A stretch of 29,404 nt of DNA from Betaproteobacteria bacterium (GTDB taxonomy: Bacteria > Pseudomonadota > Gammaproteobacteria > Burkholderiales > Eutrophovitaceae), in assembly GCA_009886305.1 (NCBI GenBank), contig QXZO01000188.1, positions 7,612-37,015 of the forward strand. Direction: 5' to 3'. The position numbers and the translations under genes are program-made. This document shows positions 8,625-16,676 of this stretch, one piece after another. The notes under the pieces were generated by a model. It was not told where the DNA came from and ran no database searches. It saw nothing but the letters and a program-made list of their open reading frames with translations. How positions within the stretch are numbered: position 1 is the first letter of the stretch; every line of letters begins with the position of its first letter.

Positions 8625-8640
8625 GGTGATTTTGATCACA
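8625..8640. promoter_or_regulatory. CRP/FNR-family-like binding site
   Basis: GGTGA-TTTTGA-TCACA is a 9/10 match to TGTGA-N6-TCACA, about 60 nt upstream of the fasciclin ATG. Confidence 0.4.
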
Positions 8641-8699
8641 ATCGTAAGTGAGAAGAATCAGCAATCTTAAATTCACGAGTAGCGCGATAGGGGAACCAA

Positions 8700-9317
8700 A
8701 TGAAAATGAAGTCACTTAGATTCGTACTTACAGCTATATTTATGGCTATTTTGCCGCAGCAGGTCTTAGCCGATGGCCATAAAAAAACAATGTGGGACGT
8801 GATCACTAACGACGATCGATTCGCCACCTTCGCCGTAATGGTCGAAAACGCAGGTGTTGAACATTTATTCAACGGGAAAACAGCAATAAACGCCACAGTA
8901 TATGTACCGACGAACTTTGCTTTTTCAACAGTACCTCAAGCCATGACGTCAGCATTAAGGTTTCCAGAAAATAAAGGGCCTTTGAGTAAGTTAATTAAAA
9001 GCCATTATTTTATAGGTACAGTGAATGACATGGAGGAAGGCGATTACTTCATGACGACTAATATTAATGGTGACCAAATCAGAATTGAACAAGAAAAAAA
9101 CCTATTTGTAAAAGACATGATTATTCAAAGCGATCCAATCATGGTCGGACGCAACAAGATTGTTCCCATTGAGTGCGTCATGTTTGTTCAACCCAGCATA
9201 TCCGACTACCGTCTCAGCATGGAACAACAGCAGGAGTACCCAATTACCTCATGTTGCATCAGGACCATAGCTGAGGTATCAGCGTTTGTTAGAAGTACCG
9301 ATTTCACATCCGATTAA
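8700..9317 (+). CDS. Secreted fasciclin (FAS1) domain protein with C-terminal extension
   Basis: Signal peptide ending VLA|DGHKK. FAS1 H1 motif TVYVPTNFAF, LIKSHY, and H2-like KIVPIECVM. GGGGA Shine-Dalgarno. Confidence 0.8.
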   Translation: MKMKSLRFVLTAIFMAILPQQVLADGHKKTMWDVITNDDRFATFAVMVENAGVEHLFNGKTAINATVYVPTNFAFSTVPQAMTSALRFPENKGPLSKLIKSHYFIGTVNDMEEGDYFMTTNINGDQIRIEQEKNLFVKDMIIQSDPIMVGRNKIVPIECVMFVQPSISDYRLSMEQQQEYPITSCCIRTIAEVSAFVRSTDFTSD

Positions 9318-9469
9318 ATAGATTAGCCGAAGGTAGTCTTCTGGAATTGGTAGATTGGTAAACCTTGAGCGTGAGAGTTGTTCATCCGAACACTCTCTTA
9401 CCTCTCAAGCAAGCAAAGCCAGATACGAACATCAAAAAAAATCACTCACAACCCAATAGCTCTGACACA

Positions 9470-10468
9470 TTGAAGTTATCGATACTCGATCAAAGTCCAA
9501 TCGTAAAAGGACATTCGCCGAATACAGCAATCAAAGAGACCGTTAACTTAGCGAAGATCGCTGACGAGCTTGGGTTTCACCGGTATTGGTTAGCAGAGCA
9601 CCACAACATGCGAGGTTTGGCAAGCTCCTGCCCAGAAGTGTTACTTACAGCAATCGGTCAACAAACAAAGCAAATTAGAATAGGAACCGGCGCCGTACTT
9701 CTGCCTTATTACAGTGCGGCTAAGATAGCCGAGACATTTAGGATGCAAGAAGCCCTCTGTCCGGGTCGTGTTGACCTTGGAATCGGGCGTGCGCCCGGTG
9801 GAGATATGCTAACAGCCAAAGCAATAAATGAGCAGTCACTTTACTCAATTAATGAGTTTCCACAACAAGTAGTAGATCTTGTAGGTTGGCTTCGCGATGA
9901 CCTAGGCGATGGGCATCCTTTTAATTCAGTGAAGGCAATGCCAAAGGGAGATACTTGTCCCCAGATTTGGTTACTCGGATCTTCAGACTACAGTAGTACG
10001 CTTGCCGCCCACCTCGGAGTCCGCTTTGCTTTTGCGCACTTCATCAACCCAGTCGGCGGCGATGCTGTTAGTCGACAATATCGGGGAACGTTTACGCCAT
10101 CAGGTCTAGAGACAAAACCAACTTCGATGGTTTGCATTTTTGTTGTTTGCGCAGAGTCCAATGAGGAGGCTGAACATCTTGCGGCATCAATAGATCATCG
10201 TCGCGTTATGATGGCAACAGGTAAAGAGTCCGAAATATTACCAAGCGAAGAAGCGATGAATTGGCCGTACTCCGAGAGAGAGAGACAAATCATCAGGCAA
10301 GAGCGCAATCGAATTATTTTGGGTACTCCCAAGAGCGTCAAAAACCAATTATCAGAACTCAAAAGTGCCTTTGAGGCGGATGAGCTAATGATCCTCACAA
10401 TCACCGGAGACTATAAAACTCGAGTTAAATCATATGAATTAATCGCCGATGAGTTTGCGATTAATTAA
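9470..10468 (+). CDS. LLM class flavin-dependent oxidoreductase (luciferase-like monooxygenase)
   Basis: KLSILDQSP, GFHRYWLAEHH, IRIGTGAVLLPYY, GRVDLGIGRAPG and WLLGSS. Family homology begins at the in-frame TTG at 9470, not at the ORF-track start 9365. Confidence 0.9.
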   Translation: MKLSILDQSPIVKGHSPNTAIKETVNLAKIADELGFHRYWLAEHHNMRGLASSCPEVLLTAIGQQTKQIRIGTGAVLLPYYSAAKIAETFRMQEALCPGRVDLGIGRAPGGDMLTAKAINEQSLYSINEFPQQVVDLVGWLRDDLGDGHPFNSVKAMPKGDTCPQIWLLGSSDYSSTLAAHLGVRFAFAHFINPVGGDAVSRQYRGTFTPSGLETKPTSMVCIFVVCAESNEEAEHLAASIDHRRVMMATGKESEILPSEEAMNWPYSERERQIIRQERNRIILGTPKSVKNQLSELKSAFEADELMILTITGDYKTRVKSYELIADEFAIN

Positions 10469-10492
10469 AAATGTATGATCTCCTGATGGACT

Positions 10493-11356
10493 CTAGAGTG
10501 CCTCAATCATCTTAGCGATGGAAAGCACCCGATACATGGATCGAACAACTGGCAATTCAATCAACTCATCATCAACCACAACTAAGCCTGTATCACTTTC
10601 CTCAAACGCCGCGCACACTCGTCGCGCGCGATTAATTTCATCTTGAGAGGGCGTGAAAATTTGATTGATAGTAGATAAGTGCTTGGGGTGCACCGCCGCC
10701 CGACCAGTAAATCCCAAATCGCTACTGGCAGCAGTTTCGCGCTCTAAACCTTCATTATCTTTCAAATCAAGATAAGGAACATCAAGTAAATCAATTCCCG
10801 CGCTCGCGGCCGCATGTACTAGCCGGGAGCGGGTATAGAGCATTGATTGCCAATCTCTTTTACATCGAAGATCTGCAGACATATCCACACCTCCCAAAAT
10901 CAAAGAAGTGACCCGCGAGCACGAACGTGCGATTTCAATCGCTTGCTCCAGTGCTGAGTTAGTTTCAATGATTACGCAAAAACTCAAATGTCGCGTATTT
11001 TCCGTCGACAGTAATTCATCAAGAATACGTATCTCGTTCGCAGACTTAATCTTCGGTAACATCAAAGCATCCGGCGGACACTCTAGATCAAACAAAGCAT
11101 CTAAGTCACTCAATCCATGCCGAGTCGTTATCGGGTTAATTCGAACCATTTTTTCGGATTGTGTCTCGTATGATTTTGAGAATAAATCCATGGTTAGATC
11201 TCTTGACTCATCTTTTCTCGGAAGAGCAACCGCATCCTCTAAATCGATACAGATAATATCGGCTGGTTGTGTAAGCGCTTTTAGGAACATATCTGGACGG
11301 AGTCCAGGAACGAACAACAAGCTACGCCTTGCTCTCGAAATAGTTTCAATGGTCAT
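10493..11356 (-). CDS. HpcH/HpaI aldolase/citrate lyase beta family protein (CitE-like acyl-CoA lyase)
   Basis: RSLLFVPG, CIDLEDAV, MVRIN, LMLPK, IIET, LGGVD and GFTGRAAVHP. The ATG at 11356 follows AAAGG; the ORF track starts at 11383. Confidence 0.88.
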   Translation of the reverse strand: MTIETISRARRSLLFVPGLRPDMFLKALTQPADIICIDLEDAVALPRKDESRDLTMDLFSKSYETQSEKMVRINPITTRHGLSDLDALFDLECPPDALMLPKIKSANEIRILDELLSTENTRHLSFCVIIETNSALEQAIEIARSCSRVTSLILGGVDMSADLRCKRDWQSMLYTRSRLVHAAASAGIDLLDVPYLDLKDNEGLERETAASSDLGFTGRAAVHPKHLSTINQIFTPSQDEINRARRVCAAFEESDTGLVVVDDELIELPVVRSMYRVLSIAKMIEAL

Positions 11357-11393
11357 AGATCTACCTTTATTTTTAACAAACAAAATTGAATTT

Positions 11394-12962
11394 TTATTCA
11401 GCAGCGATGGGCCTTATTTTCTTCGAATTCTTTCCCTCACCCCGCGATTTTACATCTACCCTACGTATCAAAAACACAATAGGAATAGCCATAAATGAGG
11501 CTATTGCCAAAACAAAGAAGCTCGCAACATAACCCTGTAATTCAGCCTGTCGATCAACTTCATTTTCAAGCATTGCGAGAGACCTATTACTCTCGAGATT
11601 ATATCCCTCGCCAGCGACCGGTGCGTTCATCAAGGCATCGTTAAAAACATTAACATGCTCCACAAGTTCTGTTCTTCCAGTAGCGCCTGCATAAATAAAT
11701 ATCGCTAATATCACTGAAACACCAACACTACTAAACATTGTTCGAATTAGATTGAATACGGCTGCACCCTCATTTCGTTTGGCAGCAACCACGCGAGAAA
11801 AAGCTACAATTTGTGCAGGCACCATCAAAATACCTGAACCAATACCACTCACAAAGCCCGTCCACAAAATTGGCCACACGCCGACATCACTAGTCCAGAA
11901 TGCAATGGTAAGCGACGACAAGCCTAAGCAAGCAAGTCCAAATGCTATTTGAACTTTCACGTTAATAATTCCCGCTATTTTGTTACTTAGAAACATAGCC
12001 AATAAAACGCCAATTCCTCTAGAAGATTGAAGAAATCCTACATCCACAATCTCGTATCCAATTAAACCTTCGAGAAATGCAGGGAGCAAGACCATTGGAG
12101 GCACTGTTAATAAACCGTAAAAAGCAACTAGAATTAATGCAAGAAAAAAATTTCTCTCGAGAAATAACTTGGGATCTAAAAATGGATTTTTCTTCGTCAT
12201 TACATGCGCGTTAAACATGTAAAGAGCGGTCAAAGCCAGACAGCCCTCAAAAATAATCTCTCCGGAGTTAAACCAATCCAGTCTTTGACCGCGATCCAAC
12301 ATCATTTGGAGAGATGCAATACCGATCGCCAACGTCAAAAACCCGAACCAATCAAGCTGTTCTTTTATTTTGGACGGAACATCTTTAGGCAGAAATAATA
12401 TGCAACCAATCAAAGCGACTATTCCAAATGGAATGTTAATAAAGAATATGTATCGCCAAGATAAGTACTCAGTAAGCACTCCCCCAAGTATGGGGCCTAT
12501 GAAGGAGCCGGCCCAACCAATACCCCAGATGGCCATTGCCTTTGGATGCTCCTCCTCTGGAAAAGCATCTAACATAATAGCTAAGGACAAAGGCACTAAA
12601 AATGCACCGCACATCCCTTGTGCGATACGAGCGATTACCTCAAAGGTCAAGGTGCTCACAGAGCCACAAACAATTGACGACAAAGTAAAACCAGCAACGG
12701 CTAGAACGTAAATCCTTTTTCGACCAAACCGATTACTCAACCATCCCGCCATCGGAATCATGATTGCAGAGGCAACAATATATGAGGTTATTACCCAACT
12801 GATTTGATCTTGTGTGGCAGAAAACGCGCCCTGCATGTGCGGCAGCGCCACAACTGCTATCGTCCAATCGATTGAATACAACAAGGAAGCTAGTACGACG
12901 GACGCACTTATCAGATATGGATGTTCAGCCCCTTGACTCGTGGTATGTTGAGCTTGCGCCAT
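11394..12962 (-). CDS. emrB: DHA2 family MFS efflux permease (EmrB/QacA-like)
   Basis: About 14 TM segments with IAVVALPHMQG, SWVITSYIVASAI, FGRKR, RIAQG, GPILGG and QMMLDRGQRLDWF. Symbol assigned at family level. Confidence 0.92.
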   Translation of the reverse strand: MAQAQHTTSQGAEHPYLISASVVLASLLYSIDWTIAVVALPHMQGAFSATQDQISWVITSYIVASAIMIPMAGWLSNRFGRKRIYVLAVAGFTLSSIVCGSVSTLTFEVIARIAQGMCGAFLVPLSLAIMLDAFPEEEHPKAMAIWGIGWAGSFIGPILGGVLTEYLSWRYIFFINIPFGIVALIGCILFLPKDVPSKIKEQLDWFGFLTLAIGIASLQMMLDRGQRLDWFNSGEIIFEGCLALTALYMFNAHVMTKKNPFLDPKLFLERNFFLALILVAFYGLLTVPPMVLLPAFLEGLIGYEIVDVGFLQSSRGIGVLLAMFLSNKIAGIINVKVQIAFGLACLGLSSLTIAFWTSDVGVWPILWTGFVSGIGSGILMVPAQIVAFSRVVAAKRNEGAAVFNLIRTMFSSVGVSVILAIFIYAGATGRTELVEHVNVFNDALMNAPVAGEGYNLESNRSLAMLENEVDRQAELQGYVASFFVLAIASFMAIPIVFLIRRVDVKSRGEGKNSKKIRPIAAE

Positions 12963-12992
12963 GGACTCAAAGAATCAGATTCAAAAAAACTG

Positions 12993-14096
12993 CTATTGAG
13001 GTCGTAAAAACGCAGGCAACAATCCCTGTGTTACGAGTTGATCTATTGGACCAGGTAGTCCTCTGCTCACACCAGTGCTTACGCCAACGGTAACCGTCAT
13101 TCCAGCACGAAGAGGTGGAAACCCCTCTGGCTGATTAACACCTATGTGAACCGGTAACCTTTGCACAACTTTAACCCAATTACCCGTTGCATTTTGTGGG
13201 GGGAGAATTGCAAACTCAGCACCTGTCGCAGGAGCAATCGCGGTAACTGAACCAGTCCATTTAAAATCTGGATATGCGTCAACACTGATATCAACTTTTT
13301 GTCCCACATCCATCCAGGTTAGCTGGGTCTCCTTATAGTTAGCCTCTATCCACAAACGGTCACTGGCAATAATGCTGAATATGGATGTACCACGATTTAC
13401 ATACTCCCCTGCCTGGAGTTTCATATTGCTGACAATACCACTGACTGGTGCATAGACAAATGAATCTTTAATTCCTAAATCAGCCCTATCGAAAGTTGCC
13501 ATTGCTTCCAGATATTTAGGATGTCGCTCTGGATCTAAACGCGAATCCCCAAGCAATCCTGCGAGTATCTTCTTAGCATTTTCATTAAGCGTCATCAGAC
13601 GAGCTTTAGCCAAATCTAATTGATGTGATGCCTCATCATATCGATCAGCTCGACCCATACCATGCTCTCGAAGCGTTTCTTGCCGTTCGAGTTGTTTTTC
13701 ATGGAATGCAATGATTGACTTTACTTCTTCTTTTTCAACCTGAGCAGCTTGGTATTCAGCTTTGAGCGAGGCAACATCAGCGCGAACCATGGCCATTTGC
13801 GCATTGGCGCGCTGTTTTTCTACTACATAGCCCGCGTGCTCCATGCCAAATAAAAGTGCGCCTTTCTTTACATATTGATTATCCTGAACCTCCACGTTGG
13901 TCACCCTCGATGAAACCTCAGGACTTACTATCACGATATCGGCTTTTACATAAGCATTTTCAGTTTCAACGACAGCCCCACCATGTGAATATAAATACAT
14001 TCCTGTTGTTGCCGCGAAGATCGGTAATAAAATAATAAAAAAGAAACGTACAACCCACAATAAGGCTGTATATATATTTTTCTCCGACATATTCAT
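12993..14096 (-). CDS. emrA: HlyD/EmrA family membrane fusion protein
   Basis: N-terminal TM helix, TENAYVKAD, DNQYVKKG, APVSG, WIEANYKETQL and NATGNWVKVVQRLPV. ATGA overlap with the marR stop. Confidence 0.92.
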   Translation of the reverse strand: MNMSEKNIYTALLWVVRFFFIILLPIFAATTGMYLYSHGGAVVETENAYVKADIVIVSPEVSSRVTNVEVQDNQYVKKGALLFGMEHAGYVVEKQRANAQMAMVRADVASLKAEYQAAQVEKEEVKSIIAFHEKQLERQETLREHGMGRADRYDEASHQLDLAKARLMTLNENAKKILAGLLGDSRLDPERHPKYLEAMATFDRADLGIKDSFVYAPVSGIVSNMKLQAGEYVNRGTSIFSIIASDRLWIEANYKETQLTWMDVGQKVDISVDAYPDFKWTGSVTAIAPATGAEFAILPPQNATGNWVKVVQRLPVHIGVNQPEGFPPLRAGMTVTVGVSTGVSRGLPGPIDQLVTQGLLPAFLRPQ

Positions 14097-14587
14097 GTTG
14101 CGACAGACTCCGTATTTTTAACAGATGGACGCTCGTCACAAGCAGTCCGATTTTCTAATGATGCTAAGTTTATTTTAAGTTTCAGTAAGGTATCTACGAA
14201 CTGTTCTTGCTCACTCTCTGAAATCCCAAATAACGCTTCTTTTCTCGTTTCAGCAGCTGCCGCCCGCATCGTCTTCATTGCAGGTCCTACCTCTTGGGTA
14301 AGCAATACTCGCTTAGCCCTACGATCCTTTGCATCTTCCTCTCGCGTCACCCAGCCGCTAGACTCCATTCGGTCCAGAAGTCGACCTAAGGATGGTTTAT
14401 CTATCTCAAGAATCTGAGCTAATTCAGACTGGGTCACACCATCATTGCGATACAAATGAGTCAAAACCCACCATTGTGATCGCGTAAGACCAAGCGCCTT
14501 CATTCGCCGGTCATAACTTAGACGCAGCAATCTAGCTACGTCATGCAAAATAATTCCAAAATTTCTCGAGAAATCTTCGCGGAACAA
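14093..14587 (-). CDS. MarR family transcriptional regulator (SlyA-like)
   Basis: LHDVARLLR, GLTRSQW, ELAQILEIDKPSLGRLLDRME and DRRAKRV. Strong AAGGAGG (14602-14596) sits 8 nt before the TTG at 14587; the ORF track extends to 14641. Confidence 0.92.
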   Translation of the reverse strand: MFREDFSRNFGIILHDVARLLRLSYDRRMKALGLTRSQWWVLTHLYRNDGVTQSELAQILEIDKPSLGRLLDRMESSGWVTREEDAKDRRAKRVLLTQEVGPAMKTMRAAAAETRKEALFGISESEQEQFVDTLLKLKINLASLENRTACDERPSVKNTESVAT

Positions 14588-14622
14588 AATAATGTCCTCC
14601 TTGACTTTTATGCACTCCACTT

Positions 14623-14697
14623 TTAATAATTGTCTAAACAATTATATTTATAACAATAATAGTCATGACAACTATATGCACGACAATTATAACGTAT
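14623..14697. promoter_or_regulatory. Operator-like array: 15-bp-spaced repeats forming inverted repeats
   Basis: ACAATTAT (14638), ACAATAAT (14653), ACAACTAT (14668) and ACAATTAT (14683). Perfect palindrome ATAATTGT-CTAA-ACAATTAT at 14626-14645 and an imperfect copy at 14656-14675. Confidence 0.65.
14665..14693 (+). promoter_or_regulatory. Putative sigma70 promoter for the HCCA-isomerase-like gene
   Basis: ATGACA (14665-14670), a 17-nt spacer and TATAAC (14688-14693). Both hexamers match consensus at 5/6. Confidence 0.45.
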
Positions 14698-14780
14698 ATT
14701 TGTGGGTTACGCGCACCCCTGATAGGAAACTATTCGGGTACAATTTGGACCTCCAATCTCCAAATCTCCGCGAGCCACTT

Positions 14781-15383
14781 ATGCCAAAGACCATTGATTA
14801 CTTCCTAAGCCCTATGTCACCTTGGGCCTATCTAGGCCATGAGCCCCTCCACGCGTTGATCGATAAATTTGATGCTGCAGTCAATGTTATATCGATTGAT
14901 CCCGTAAAATTATTTGCTGCGACAGGCGGCGTTCCAGTAGCTCAACGACCCATACAACGCCAGACATACAGACTGGCTGAGCTAAAAAGATGGAAAACGT
15001 TTCTGCAGTCCCCAATCATCATTGAACCGGCTCATTTCCCATATAACCCGACCCTAGTATCTCTAGTAGTCGCGGCTGCGGTAAATGCTCATGGGGCAGA
15101 CAAAGCAATGGAAGTAACTCTGAGCTTGATGAAAGGCTGCTGGGTAGAGAATAGAAACATGGGCTTACCTGAAGAGGTTAAAAAATCCATCGACTCATGC
15201 AGCATAAATGGTGAAGATTTGCTCAAATTAGCGGCCAGCGACCAGATATCAAAAGATTTAGAAAAAAATACACAAAATGCAATTGAGGCCGGCATTTTTG
15301 GCGTACCCACTTACATAGTTGACGGAGAACTATACTGGGGCCAAGATCGCCTAGACTTTGTTGAGCGAAGTCTACTGAGCTAG
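14781..15383 (+). CDS. 2-hydroxychromene-2-carboxylate isomerase / kappa-class GST-like DsbA family protein
   Basis: IDYFLSPMSPWAYLG, RQTYRLAELKRW and GIFGVPTYIVDGELYWGQDRLDFV. Homology starts at the ATG at 14781; the upstream ORF extension is translated operator repeat. Confidence 0.88.
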   Translation: MPKTIDYFLSPMSPWAYLGHEPLHALIDKFDAAVNVISIDPVKLFAATGGVPVAQRPIQRQTYRLAELKRWKTFLQSPIIIEPAHFPYNPTLVSLVVAAAVNAHGADKAMEVTLSLMKGCWVENRNMGLPEEVKKSIDSCSINGEDLLKLAASDQISKDLEKNTQNAIEAGIFGVPTYIVDGELYWGQDRLDFVERSLLS

Positions 15384-16580
15384 GTTCGTGACCATATAAC
15401 CATGCTTACTTAGCACTTGAATAATATCCTCGATGTGCTGATGGTCGCGAGTTTTAATAGAGAAGGCGACCTCAGTGCTCTGTATGGGCAAGGTCGTAAA
15501 CGTACGCTGATGGTGGACTTCGTCGATATTAGCATTACATTCCCCAAAGATCTTAGAAACGGTAGAGAGGGATCCTGGCATGTCTGTAATCTGTACGTTT
15601 AGACGTGCCAAACGACCCGCTTTAACCATACCTCGATCGATAATGGCCGTTAATGTCAAAGGATCTACATTACCCCCACATAAGATTAACCCAACATTTT
15701 TATCTTGAAATAGTTCAGCTTGTTTTTTGAGTGCAGCTAAACCAATAGCTCCAGCACCTTCCACAAGCGTCTTCTCTATTTCCAGTAAGAGGAGCATTGC
15801 CTCCTCTATCTCATCCTCGTCGACAAGATAAATATCATCAACAAGTTCAGATACAATTTTGGATGTCAACTTGCCTGGCTCTTTTACAGCTATACCGTCT
15901 GCGATAGTGACAGAGCCAAAACTAGGACTAACTCCATTGATATGCGCATACATCGAATTGAAGCATGCCGATTCAACACCACAAACCCTTATCTTGGGGT
16001 TAATCGCCTTGGCTGCAGTTGCGATACCAGATATGAGTCCACCGCCACCAATTGGGACCAATATCGCGTCTAAATTAGGAATATCCTCCAACATTTCTAT
16101 AGCTATAGTGCCTTGACCTGCAATGACCTTATTATCATCGTAGGGATGAATAAATATAAGCCCCATTTTTTCGGCAAGTGACAAGGCATGCTCATGAGCC
16201 TCGTCAAAATTATCGCCATAGAGTACAACTTCAGCGCCTAGAGCGCGCGTATGAGTCACTTTTACCTGCGGGGCAATACGAGGCATGACGATAACCGATC
16301 GAATGTTATGCTGGTTTGCGTGATAAGCCAATCCTTGAGCGTGGTTTCCCGCGGAAGCGGCAATGACGCCCTTTGCTCGCTCCTCTCCAGTCATTGATAA
16401 GATACGATTTAAAGCACCACGTTCTTTAAAGGATGCCGTAAATTGGTGATTCTCAAATTTTAAAAATACGTTACAAGAGAGCAAACCTGACAAAGTTGTA
16501 GATTTAACGAACTGTGTACGTTGAATTGAAGGAGTTACATCTTTGTACGCTTGGCGAATATCTCGAAAAAGTTGGTTCAT
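15372..16580 (-). CDS. ilvA: Threonine ammonia-lyase, medium form with a single C-terminal ACT domain
   Basis: LKFENHQFTASFKERGA (PLP lysine), ASAGNHAQG, PIGGGGLISG, EGAGA and ACT segment ITDMPGSL...NIDEVHH. A biosynthetic versus catabolic (TdcB-like) role cannot be resolved. Confidence 0.9.
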   Translation of the reverse strand: MNQLFRDIRQAYKDVTPSIQRTQFVKSTTLSGLLSCNVFLKFENHQFTASFKERGALNRILSMTGEERAKGVIAASAGNHAQGLAYHANQHNIRSVIVMPRIAPQVKVTHTRALGAEVVLYGDNFDEAHEHALSLAEKMGLIFIHPYDDNKVIAGQGTIAIEMLEDIPNLDAILVPIGGGGLISGIATAAKAINPKIRVCGVESACFNSMYAHINGVSPSFGSVTIADGIAVKEPGKLTSKIVSELVDDIYLVDEDEIEEAMLLLLEIEKTLVEGAGAIGLAALKKQAELFQDKNVGLILCGGNVDPLTLTAIIDRGMVKAGRLARLNVQITDMPGSLSTVSKIFGECNANIDEVHHQRTFTTLPIQSTEVAFSIKTRDHQHIEDIIQVLSKHGYMVTNLAQ

Positions 16581-16676
16581 TAATTAGCTATGATGAAGGC
16601 TGTAAAAAGTAACGTTTATAATAGACCTGTCCACTTTCATACTCCACAAGTATTTCTCCTTAATAATTGACATATT

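Noticed and set aside
9320-9420. Glycine-riboswitch-like words (GCCGAAGG, GAGAG, CTCTCAAGCAA)
   Set aside because: The motifs are in the wrong order (GGAGAG should precede GCCGAAG), CTCTCAGG is not matched, and the downstream gene is unrelated to glycine metabolism.
14592-14780. Asn/Tyr/His-rich N-terminal extension (NNYIYNNNSHDNYMHDNYN) on the isomerase ORF
   Set aside because: It is the translation of the 15-bp operator repeats and overlaps the divergent marR upstream region. Homology starts at 14781.
16600-16642. LexA SOS box upstream of the exonuclease/GIY-YIG gene
   Set aside because: Both CTGT occurrences lack ACAG at N8 (they give ACGT and ATAC).
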